A stretch of 63,279 nt of DNA, counting the filler, from Patellaria atrata CBS 101060 (Eukaryota), in assembly GCA_010093705.1 (NCBI GenBank). It is 13 parts of 8 records of this genome, joined end to end, with 100 filler letters (N's around TTAATTAATTAA, not from the genome) between each part and the next. Parts side by side here need not be neighbours in the genome. Positions count along the whole stretch, not along the records: positions 2,378 to 23,554 come from MU006089.1; positions 23,655 to 29,750 come from MU006090.1; 11 more parts are not named here. One strand, written 5' to 3'. Numbering within the stretch: position 1 is the first letter of the stretch; every line of letters begins with the position of its first letter. Under the pieces are notes generated by a model. That model worked only from the letters and a program-made list of their open reading frames with translations, was not told where the DNA came from and ran no database searches. Both the position numbers and the translations under genes were made by a program. Positions 12,775 through 24,593 of this stretch are shown here, piece after piece.

Positions 12775-13500
12775 ATGGTGACTTCCGAAACCAACCACGA
12801 ACTCCAGCTCAAACTTGCTAATCTACAGGCAGAGACTGCCTACTGGTAACGCAAATTACAAGATGACATTACAGACCCGGAGATTCTTCAAATGAGGAAG
12901 GAACAAACTGAGATGCGTGAAGAGATGGCAAGGGTTCTCAAAGCTGGAGATGAACCGAATTCCGCATATTCAGCTTGTGTGAACGCGTACTTGTTCTGGC
13001 CAAGACTGAATAAAGGTTTGGCATTCAATGTATCTACACACGCATATGATGGTATAGCCTGAACTCACTGAAATCTCTGCCACGGTTCGAGATCTTCTGA
13101 TAACTGATGAGGCGAAGAAACACTCAGTTTTGGTATGTAATTGATCTACACATGTGATTACATACTAACGTATGTACCATATAGACTAAACTCACTGAAG
13201 TCTCTGCTATAATTCAAGCCGTTCAGGCAACCGATGACGTAGAGAAATACTCAGAATCCACACAAAGGGAGATTCGGAAGTTTGCTGAGGATGCCCTTGA
13301 GAAGTTTCAGTGGCCAGAAAAGCTCTAGAATTCTCCGATATGGGGTACAAGTGTTTACATGAAATACTAAAAGGACTGGACGACGATACTGCGAAGGGCA
13401 ATATTAAGGCGTTCGACAAGAACACCAGGAGTACGCAGATTTTCCACACAATGAATTTAAAATCAAAAGCTGACATACATGCTCTATTAGTCTAGGTTTT
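12775..13500 (+). pseudogene. Decayed multi-exon orphan gene
   Basis: MVTSETNHELQLKLANLQAETAYW*RKLQDDITDPEILQMRKEQ... reads through a TAA at 12847; GT donor at 13016; further coding-like segments follow. Confidence 0.35.
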
Positions 13501-16128
13501 GTATGGGTATACTGATAGCTAGGTACCCTCACTCGGAAACGGGATGGGACAAAAATAGGAAGCGTTGTAAAACACACGATGGATCGAGATGTTAGGACGG
13601 GAGAGAGCGTTCATGCAAGGTTAAACCCTCATCGATGTTTTGGCCGTCTTGATTTCTAAGGCTAGAAGAGACAATCGAATTATAAAATGATTGAGAATCC
13701 AAACATATCGAGACCTTTATACTAATGGAGAACAAGAAAGTTGACCTACTTTACTATCCAGTGGTGATGTATGGAGGGTTGTCGTGAAATTAAAGTTTCC
13801 ACCTGGTCTGGATCCCTTTATGTTGTCTTAGAAGTAGTCTATTTGAAAATCGATTAGGTAATATAAGTCGACCTCCATGCATGATGCATCATGGTAATGT
13901 CTCCTCTCTGCTACCTTGAGACTTTACAATAAGAAGCCTGTGCATTCAGCCCGCTAACGTAGGGTCGTGCACTTTACGTATTGGACTAAGGTATGGCTTC
14001 GTTCTTAGTATTCTTCAACGAAACTTCTATTATTAGAGAACACCACAATTTCATAGCATCAAGTATAGGTTCGGCGTAAAAGGAACAGTGCTTTACGCGA
14101 AGTAGATGCTTGGACTGAGGTGAAAGGTGAAAATTTCTCGTCTTTCTGTGAAACAATACTGCGTCCTGACAAGCAAAGGGATATGTCCTGGTGCTATACA
14201 AAACGCAAAGATCTTGCTCTACGGTAGGGTTACAAAGGTTATGGTTCAGGCTGTTCATCAGATCTCTTTCTTTGTCCAGTTTTTCCCATCTCTAAGCCAT
14301 TGTAAAAGTCACCAACATCTGTTGTATAACCGTATCGACTCGATGCTAGCTACTCGAGCCCACTTTTAATTGCAAATCTATAAGATTCTCCATCGTTAGC
14401 TCCTATTACATAAGAAGGGTTAGTTCTAATTCGGATGCATATTTAGTAGAGCGCTTGTTCACTTAGGAGTGCATAGTATAATTGCATTGCTTGTTTACTA
14501 CTATTGCCGAAGTAGTATGCAGGTCTCCAACATCTCGACTATGCATGTCGATAGTTGAAATTGTAATTATTATTGCTCTGTCTGGCTGTTTTCTGTCCTT
14601 TCTCTGAAACTCATCGCATTGGAAAAGCTCAGATATTGCTGCACGCCTTTCTAGTAGTCGAGGGATGGTAACTCTGGACTCCGCTATGCGCTCTGTTTCA
14701 CCTGTGAATCTGATTTCGGAATCCAGGATAACCCCGGGCTTTCGGATTTCCTCGGCGGGAATCATCTTTTATTCTTTACCAGCTCTCTAAATCCGTTAGG
14801 GCGGCTTGTAACCTTTTTATCTCTGCTTGTTTTGCGTTCAGTCCGGTCCCTTTCTCCAGATCCTGTGGGTTGACCAATCCATCATTGGTACTAATCGGAC
14901 CTACTTGAAATTTAGCCTCTCTGTAAAATATGATGTTTGTATTGATACACCAATTTTTATCGGTGATCGTTCGCCTGTTGCATGAAGCTGTCGAGATTGA
15001 TGGTCTGAACATCCTCTTTATCGCTCTCCTCCATCTGTAAATTGAACTTAGAGTTAGTGAATCAATGAGGTTTCCTCAGACAATGCATTATCAGTGATCG
15101 GCTCTTCAAAACTCACAACCGAACATTCGTTAGGCGATATTATGGATACATTTATTGGGCAAGATACCTTCCATGTCTACCCTTGGTATATGTTCTGACA
15201 CTCGAAGAAGACTTGGGTGCCTCCCATGAGAAGTACTTCGGATAGACTGAGTTCACATACCCATTATAACCTATATTGTCGGAATTGAGGTTCCGGCAAT
15301 GTGTTTGAGACGGCTGGTATGCTACAATAGAGATGGCTGGATAGGCAAAGGTTCAAGATAGCATTAGTGACTGCAGGATGTTAGATAATCAATGAATACT
15401 TTACGCCTTTCCTTTTACCCACTCACCTCATACCTGTGTGTCTATCCAAGTAAGCAAGACAATCGGTGAGTGTGTATGCGGCTACACCTGTATCTACTCT
15501 GAATACTTATCTATATCAAGCACTCAAGACACGATCCGTTGAGTAGTATCTTTCGCACGGAGTGGTTTCCATATTGCGGAATACTTCACATAAATAGATA
15601 CAATCCTCCTTCCCTCTCCTGCTGGAGTGCTCCCTTATGGCCATATATCCATAGTGTGCCCAGTACTGGCCTGCATTTGTACAGTACTGTCTATCTCCAT
15701 AGACTCCAATGCTATATGAATTGTGATAGCAAACTTCAACCATACGTGAAATTGTACATTGGCAAGGGGAAGCCTTCAATGAATTTGGTGTTATCGAAAC
15801 ACAGGATAGTAGCTGCGTCGGACCCTTTTTACGGGGTATTATATAGGCTGCACAAGGGGGGATTGTCGGTCAATCGTAGTTGGATGGAAGTAGGGAATGT
15901 TCGCGCTCAGTGTCTGTGAATAGATACTCATGGAGCATATGTTTCAAGAAATATCAAGGCTTTAATTGTCTGAAAATGATTCATATTTTAAAAAATAATT
16001 GTCGAAAGAATTAGTTTTGAAGGTGCGCAACAAAGCATTGGGCAAGGGGTAAGCGAGAGTGTGGTTTGAGAGTTCATTTGCTTGGCGCATAATGTAAGTT
16101 TATTTACAAATAATTTTAAGTTCTATTT

Positions 16129-16280
16129 GCCTTCGGGCATTTGGTCAATTTGAAACGATACAGAGAAGATTAGCATGGCCCCTGGTAAGTAATTAATCAA
16201 GTCCAACGTTCGAATCCCGCTAACGTCAATTAGCACTAAGGATGACACGCTCAATCAAAGAGAAGCTACAAGATTTTTTT
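16129..16280 (+). ncRNA. U6: U6 snRNA gene with one spliceosomal intron (16185-16233)
   Basis: 5' GCCTTCGGGC stem-loop; ACAGAGA box at 16160-16166; AGCATGGCCCCTG|CACTAAGGATGACACGC after splicing; T7 terminator at 16274-16280; intron GTAAGT...GCTAAC...TAG. Confidence 0.97.
16208..16217 (+). promoter_or_regulatory. RNA polymerase III B-box inside the U6 intron
   Basis: GTTCGAATCC matches the GTTCRANYC consensus. Confidence 0.8.
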
Positions 16281-16904
16281 ATTTGCAATATTCCTACTCA
16301 GTCAACTTTTGCCCCCTGCGGTACTGACTTGGCGACTTGGCCTGATTAGCAATTACGCTTGTGAATCCGGTACCCTACCTAGTCCTAGCCTTCCCTCCTA
16401 GATTCTTTACTTTTAGTCTATCCTACTTCTCGTCTTCCCATAACACGACTATCTGCATTATGCTGAAATAATCATTACGACTGATATGATGTGGTAAAAG
16501 TAATTTATTGAAGAAATGGTATGATAGTGCTGTACTTTCGCTATATATCACTTTTCGGTGACATCCGTAGCTGGATCCTCCCCTGACTCTCTTTGTTTAC
16601 CACTTCTTACAAGACGCGGTATTGGGATATACAACATGTCGGAAGTAGCTAGCATAAGATGCTTCCGGAGAAAACTAAGTCCTACTCTCTAAGTTCGAAA
16701 GTTGGACCTGATACTACCCCGTCTTGTATTTAGAAGAAATCTAGGCTCTCCATCTCCCGTTATAACACTTAGGGCCTACTAAAGATTTAATACGAGAAGG
16801 TATCCCACTAACTACACAAATTGGAGACATTTTACGAAAGGAAGAAGTTAATGATATTTTAGCAAACACATGCCATATTAGAGTAACCGAAGAGTGCGAA
16901 TTAT

Positions 16905-17081
16905 TGTCATGGCTCAACCTCAGATGAAAGCTGAAAGGTATATTGCTATATGTACATGAAACTTAAACTTAAGGAAAGAAAATTTTGAGACAACATATGC
17001 TGTTCTACTAAAGTACAGTATGACTAAGCCGCTGGATCATCCAAGGTATTTATACCTATCGGGTCTAACCCGTCCGTGACA
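16905..17081 (-). mobile_element. Small solo-LTR-like element (TGTCA...TGACA)
   Basis: Inverted termini; 16997-17075 is the reverse complement of 43107-43185 with RIP-type differences; no TSD found. Confidence 0.55.
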
Positions 17082-18411
17082 GGAAGAACTTAGCCATATT
17101 GCACAACTTATGGCCGCTGCAGGATACGGATATGAGCCTAGTGAAGACGAAAATTCGGATAGCACACCATATGATGAACTGCCGGAGGATATGGCATCAG
17201 TCGAGGATGCTGAGAGTATTTCTACACCTATTTCTGGGGAACTGGTGTTGCCGCTTCGATAGTGATGCTGTCAGTATTGCTATGCATTGCCGATCCCGCT
17301 TACCGAGTTACGAGAAGGGGAGATTAAAGAGGATAGAAGATCTTTTGGGAGCGGTGTTTTGAGGTAGGGTTTTTTAAGTCAGACCTGGGATGGTGTGCAC
17401 AATCTATGCATAGAATCGAGAACGTCGACGATATGCCATACAAAGGAAGGTCCACAATCTTCAATGTACGGGAAGGGGGTGGCATACGATACGGAGGACA
17501 GTATGTCATATTGATAGTATAACTAGTTTTATACAGCTAGTACGTGTCCATCTCCCCTACTTTAGATTTGTTTATTGTTAGACTTATAAGTAAAATCGCA
17601 TTTACTGACCACTAGAAGCAGCAGTAGAGATATGTGATTCCAGCGACAATAGAAGAGTAGACGTGATTAACAGCACATTAGCATGGGAAGTACGCACAAG
17701 AGTGCTGGATTAGAGACGGTGAAGGCAAAGCATACCCATAGTCTTTGCCGCTAGAAAGAAGAGATCTTACGCTTACATTGCAACCAGAGTTGCCACTGGA
17801 TAGAGAGGGCCGGGGGAGAAACAGCATATCCCCATGGCCACCTTAGCTCCATTTTTCCCTTCCCTCCTCCAATATAAACAAATGTTCATTTGCTGCCTGC
17901 AATTGGCCCTTTTCAACTTCAACGAACAGAAACTGGCAGAAGGATAACCTGATTAAAGGAGTACAAACACATTAACGAGCTAAACGAGCAGGTCAGTCGA
18001 ACGAGTTCAAACAAGTAAATATCTAAGTCAGACCACTTCCTCGTACTTAGTACAAACCCGTGCCTACCGCACGCCGTTTGCTCCTCGTATCGTCCGACCC
18101 GAGTTAATCTTCATTAAGTATTCATATCTCAATGCTGTCATATCTTCTTCTTCCTTCATCCTAAGCTTCTAGTACCAAGGGCGTTTACATACACCAGCCT
18201 TCCTCAACACCGAAACCTTAGCAGTATAGCTATTTGCTCGGTTCAAACTACCATTCACTGTTAAGAAACACGATCTCGGCTTCAAGCTCCACAAGTCTGC
18301 AGGAACAAGGGTCTTACTACCCAATGTACCCCCTCTGAAACTACTTTATAGATCAAAGTTAACTCAAACTCTAGGGATTCTTACATAGATCTAGACAAAG
18401 GGCTATGGAGT

Positions 18412-19300
18412 ATGCATCAAGAATTTGAGGACAGCTCCGATGACTCCGATGCTGAATGCATTGAGGTTAGAGGAAAGGCGTCCCAGGAAGAGTGGGAAAA
18501 GAGCAAGGAGTTGGAAGAAGCAGAGCAAGAGGACCCCTTTGACGAGACTCCTGCCTATGACCTTACTGAACTCAAGTCAAAGATCGACCCGATGATAGTA
18601 AGCATACTCCCTATCTATGCATACTCAATACTGACGATTCCCTTCTAGAACACTCACCTTGAGGAGCTCAAAGGTCCTTCAAAATCAGTTTGACCAATTA
18701 TGGAAGGACAACAAGCGTACGGAGGCGGCTGATGCATTCCTTGAATATCCCGAAAATGCATAGCTGCTGATTTCGAAGAATCTCTGTATTTTGCACAGCT
18801 TATGACGACTACGGGATCGACACATGGACCCACTTCACCTGCGGAATCGTATTATGAACCAGCTGCGAATGTGGAACTCAGGCCTGATTCATTGAAGGGA
18901 GCAGAGGGGATATAGAAGGAGCTTCGATGGGTGGTCCCAAGGTTAAATGTGCGCGCCCGATATAGTTTTACTACTAGACATGACGGATGGGTGTGCCACT
19001 GGAATGGCGTTTCTTGGGGCTGTCGTAATGAGGATTGGGGTAGGTAGGGGGTATCCCTTAGCAAGCTTCGACCCGGCAGTTTTGCTGAGTTGAATTTGGT
19101 ATGAATTGACATAACTTCGGAATACCATAAGCAAAAATGAGTCTGTATGGCTAAGCCTTTTGCACAATCACAAGTGCCTTGCATCTTTCGACTTTCCTAT
19201 ATAGAAATGTCGGAACTACCTTGAGAACGAGCAAACAGGAGAAGAAGGATATGAGTGCCTGAAAGAGTTCTGTACAATTCTGAGAGTATACCCGTAGCTT
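18412..19300 (+). pseudogene. Decayed orphan gene with acidic N-terminus
   Basis: Exon MHQEFEDSSDDSD..., then a GTAAGC...CTGAC...TAG intron, then coding-like sequence with several stops and frameshifts. Confidence 0.35.
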
Positions 19301-19521
19301 GACGTCAGAGCAGACAATGATACAGCAAGAGTTGAAATTTCGTTATGGTAGAGGAAGTATTTTAGTCTGATATCGACCTAATGTACATTCACCTGGTAAA
19401 AACCATCCACCTTGTATGTCCCTATTCCTCAACCTCAGCTTGTACATAGTCCCCGGTCAGAGTATGACTTGGTTCGCTCTCCATTAAAGCATCTCCATCA
19501 TCTGTATCTTGTACAGGGCTC

Positions 19522-21300
19522 CTATACAGACTCCTCGGGGGCACTCGTGTCCTGCCCTACATATCCGTACTTCTCATACCACATGATCCTTTTCTTTTCG
19601 TATGAATTGATCATCCACTGATAATTTTCTGTACACTCGTTCATGCGCTTCTCAATTCCCTTCTGTACAGATAATGTGTCAGCTCGCACTTTATCATATG
19701 CTATATCTGTACATACAGCTAAAAGCACAATTTCTGCACGGCTTTTAATCCTCCCAAACAGCATTTGCCCACGGCTAGTATTTGTCTCAAGCTTGATCGA
19801 GCATGAGCCATCCGGTTTCAAGACTAGCAGCCTTGTCAGGAGCCTAATGTTGGTCATTACCGTTCGGGTCGCTTTCTCGAACTCCGACAGCATGTTCTCA
19901 TCGTCATCGAAGTACACTGGTACATGATACTTCGTCTCATCGATAAACTTCTCCATCATATCGAACGCCGCCCTTACGGGGTGTGAGTGAAATGTCTCTT
20001 TCCATACTAAAATTTTTAATGAAGCGTTAGCATCTTGCCAAAGTGGAATGTCCATAACGAGTGAAAGATGAATTCACGCATGCGTACCATTGGAGGTGCT
20101 AATTATCCCACAGTCTTCGAAGGCGAAGCCTTAAAGTATCTCCAGTCGTCACATAGGAAGACGATAGAAAGTACCATGATTGGTGAGCACTATAAGCAGT
20201 GGGAGTTTATAAGAGAGCTTGAAAAGATGCTTTGGAAGCTCTGAGGTATGTAAAAGCCGCAGATAATCCAGAGACGTACTCCCATATTCATGAAATTATT
20301 AGACAATTGATTGATACTGAGGCAAGTGCTGTACGGATTAACCCAAAATATTGGTGCTTAGGCTCTCTCAGCGAAGACTTACGTAGCAGATATCTGCAAA
20401 AGAGATTTCTTGTATGCTGGTATGTTGTGTACAATCTCGAATGTCTCTGGTGTGAGGAATGTTTTGGTCGCGAGAGAGCTGGTCGGGGTTGTACGTGTTT
20501 TGGAAAGGAGCGAAGCGTGAGGAAAATATAAACAATCGGTGGTAAAACTGACTGGTGCAAAATAAGGCGGAACAGTTGGGTCATCATGTGATTGTTCGGC
20601 AATGGTTGCCCCAGCAACCAGCTTCACAATAGCTGTATGTAAATGTGTGCACCACACAAATCTATGATTCGGACACAGGTAGAGTCATACTAGTGACTAG
20701 ATTCTTAATCATTCTTTATGCTCGACTTTCGCGAATATATCGCTAAATCAAGCTCGATGCTCTCAAACCTCTTGCGCCTTTTTAGAGCCTCTTGATTAAT
20801 TTTAGCTATGCATAGTGCTCCTACCTAGAGAGCCATAATAATATTCAGAGTCTCCCTCTCCTCCTTAGATATTGTATCGTCCTCCGCAGTTTTATTCATC
20901 CTTGTAACCCAATCAGGATCAAATCCAGCGTCCCTAAGGGCTTGTACAGGGTTTACAAGACCAGGGAATTCGTCCTCAAAAAAATCATGGATTTATATAG
21001 CACAGCAATTCTGTCTCGAATTATCTTGTCTCTGAGGCCCAGTATTCCTTTCCCCCTAGCAGATATTCTTTGTACCTGTCGTCCATATATGGAAATTGGT
21101 CTACCTTTGCATGGCGTCAGTGGCGACATTCAGCCTCTATGTGCACGTATTACCATCAGTTGATCGGAGGATCTCTTCTTCTTTAAGTATTGACAAATTT
21201 CAAAATTGTCCCACCTTCAACCATCCACTCTTCATACTGTTTCTCCAACTTCTGCTTCTCTGCTTCAGGTGGTGCCACCAGTCTCCTCAAACGGTGCCTC
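19522..21300 (-). pseudogene. Decayed orphan gene; the 177-aa ORF is only its C-terminal part
   Basis: The frame continues upstream through in-frame TGA (20074), TAA (20131) and TGA (20149); the upstream boundary is approximate. Confidence 0.35.
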
Positions 21301-23087
21301 AGGACCTCGTTTCGAAATAGCCATGCACCTCGACGTGTCTGTAGTGAAGGCATGATGGTATTTCTGTATAATCAGATTGTTTTCATGGCTAGAGAGAGGA
21401 TCAATGCTGAATTTCTTATCTCTACTACTCACTTATTCCAGGCGACTGGGCCAGCAAAATCTCCGAACTCGACAGTAAAGATCAGTTGTGGAGATGTAGA
21501 AAGTCAAGGTAGGTGATTGACAGTTAAATATTTGAACTCGGAAAGCTCACTAGGGTACCCACGAAGGAGCTTATTAGTTTGTGTGAACCATCAATTGACA
21601 CTGTTCCGTTTGCACAGAATTCCTCTCCCACCTCGATCCCATAATTCCTTTAAGTTCAGATCGAAAATGGTTCATCTTTAACCTATTTCGGTCAACGCTC
21701 AGCTACGCTCATACCCTTTTGATACATGCACACCCCTCTCAACTGCACATGGTCAAAGTATCCGCATGACGTTAACGATGTAATATATGGGCCCATTTTA
21801 GAGAGTTGATCAGGTTCTGGGTCTTCATTCTCCAGACTTACGCGTTTATAGTTACATTACGGATATTGTAATTGCACAATGATCGAGTAGTACAGTATGA
21901 GCCATGGCGAAGGCAGAAAATAGCATTGGACAGCGGAGAATATTGATAGCCTAGAATCTCTGCATTAATCTATCTCTAAGCGATCATAGACATGGAGTTG
22001 AATTCAGGGTCTTTGAGCCCCTGACCGCACATCACTCTCCCCTAGCACATTCTAGAGACGTAAACCTCTGTGCTTGAGACATACATAGACAGAATAGCAC
22101 CGCTATTGTGATATGCCACCATCTCCCTTGATACTCTTCTCAGTCATCATCGCGAGTAGAAGGTTAAGCATTCGTATGACCTTGGCCAGCATCAGTAGCG
22201 ACTGTAGCGTCAGGAGCATTACCTAGACCCATCGAGTGTCCAATGATTCCAACATCTTCTGAAATTGAATCCACAGATCATGTTCATCAACATCAGGCGG
22301 CAAACCTTCATCCCTCTTATCTCCCTCACACAAATTGAGGTTGCGAGTGAGAATGACGATATAAGCCTTCCTTAGGGTGCTGAAACGGGCGAGAAGGCTT
22401 CCGTACGTGGACATTAGTTCTGCCTGAGAGGTTTTGGCAGCCCAGCACACACATATACGGTGGGTAGGTATGTTGAAATTACCTGAGCTAGGAGTTTGAC
22501 TTCCACTGGTACGAAACCGTAGTATTGTTCGCGCTTCGCCTTATCATACATTCCTTTCTCGGCGAAGGAGTTGATATCTGCTTTTAGCTTCTTCGACGCT
22601 TCTTTTAGGGGGTGGCTGGAGTAAATTAGGAAGGCAACTCGTTCCATTTTCAAAATTTTGGCTAACATACCTCTCATCTTTTTAGTGCTAGAGTATTTGT
22701 TATGATCATAATTCTTATTCTTATGGCTGAAAACTTATCGCCAGGCTCTGCCATTTTGATGACTGACCCTATCCTATACGCTGTACTCGGGTTTGATGGA
22801 AAGGATGATACTGTGGACAAATTAGAAGTTGGTGGTAGAAAATGCGGAGATACCTAAGCGTAATTAATCCGTGTGCATGTCATAGAATAATTGAACCGTT
22901 CAGATGCTCGTAATCAACATGGAGGCTATGACATAGACCGTAAGATTTATGGCCAACTAGTTCACAGGGACAACCCTCATGTGCACACATGTCTTCCCTA
23001 CGCCACTTAAAATCTGTGGTTCGAGTCTTTCACCAGGGGATGTGAGATCTCATGTGGTTCTTACCCGGGTTTGAACAACACGTGAGC

Positions 23088-23331
23088 AGATGGCTAATGC
23101 ATGCAGGAGACGTGAACAAAGTAGAAGAGTAGATTCTACAAAAGATAACTAGATGTATGGCATAGAACTGGAAACCAAGAACCGATGGCAATGAGAAAGA
23201 ATAGATGCTTCTACAATTTCCTCTATATGGATTTTAGAGGTCTTAGCTTTCCTTTGTAAATAATATTAGTGGACTAAGCCACTAGAGACTTCACTAAGCA
23301 TATAAGGGCCCTGAAAAGGGATTTATGTATA
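23088..23331 (+). mobile_element. Tad-like LINE 3' fragment
   Basis: Near-identical to 24125-24368. Confidence 0.8.
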
Positions 23332-23654
23332 AGGGTCTTGTTCAAGCCGTGCACGGTTTCAGAGCGTGCACGGTCGCCCACCAAAATTTAGTTCTCAAAA
23401 TACACGTATCCGGAGACAGTGTGGCCAATAATACTTTAGTATTAGATACTATCGAATACGGATTAGTATTGTATCGGATCGATATCGATAAATACCTTAA
23501 TAATACCTTAACAATACTTCGCTTAATATAGCGAAACCCACAATTTAATAGAATNNNNNNNNNNNNNNNNNNNNNNNNNNNNNNNNNNNNNNNNNNNNTT
23601 AATTAATTAANNNNNNNNNNNNNNNNNNNNNNNNNNNNNNNNNNNNNNNNNNNN

Positions 23655-23771
23655 AAGCATATGAGGGCCCTGAAAAGGGATTTATGTATATAGGGAGTTG
23701 CGCCATAGCTTGAAGGCTGCATGCGCAGTATTGTAAGTAATACAATACAATGGAATTAAAAAAAAAAAAAA
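23655..23771 (+). mobile_element. LINE 3' end with poly(A)
   Basis: Same 3' UTR as 24334-24454, ending CAATACAATGGAATT(A)n. Confidence 0.85.
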
Positions 23772-24454
23772 GGGAAACATTATATGCGCATCTGTAGAGA
23801 CCTGGTGCATTTCTCACTTAGTATACCTAAGTCCAATTTACAGAAAAAGATCCAAGCGGCCTACATCCAACTTAAGACTGGTATTGGATTCTTTAAGTCT
23901 TACTCTAAAGTGATTGGAAAAGATGAGGAAGGGAAGTGCTTTGGAGACTGCCAATCACTTCAAACACCAACACACCTTATCTTACATTGCTCTAACTACT
24001 CTAGAGAACGTAAAGAAATGAGAAAACTACTCAGATCAGATCTAACAATGACAAAGCTTTTTTGCACAAAGTTAGGTAAACAAGTGTTACTAAATATATA
24101 GAAAGAACTCAAATCTCTACTGCTAGATGGCTAATGCATGCAGGAGACGTAAATAGAGTAGAAGGGTAGATTCTACAAAAGATAACTAGATGTATGGCAT
24201 AGAACTGGAAATTAAGAACCGATGGCAATGAGAAAGAGTAGAGGCTTCTACAATTTCCTTTATATGGAGTTTAGAGGTCTTAACTTTCCTTTGTAAATAA
24301 TATTAGTGGACTAAACCACTAGAGACTTCACTAAGCATATAAGAGCCCTGAAAAGGGATTTATGTATATAGGAAGTTGCGCCATAGCTTAAAGGCTGCAT
24401 GCGCAGTATTGTAGGTAATGCAATACAATGGAATTTAAAAAAAAAAAAAAAAAA
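23772..24454 (+). mobile_element. 5'-truncated Tad-like LINE: ORF2 C-terminal CCHC finger, 3' UTR and poly(A)
   Basis: QLKTGIG...CFGDC...QTPTHLILHC...Y.RER motif, followed by the shared 3' UTR and an A-tail. Confidence 0.85.
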
Positions 24455-24593
24455 CTAATGTAATATCATCTAGGATTTTTTTGAGCTGTTTTTATATCAC
24501 TAGTAGAAGACAGTGAAAGATATTAGAAGAACTAAATATAAAGTTAACAACATAACTCATAGTTTGATATATAAGTAGTGATCTCTGCACAAT

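Noticed and set aside
13104..13121. Hammerhead-like CTGATGAG...GAAAC
   Set aside because: Stem II cannot form, and no flanking stems or cleavage triplet are evident.
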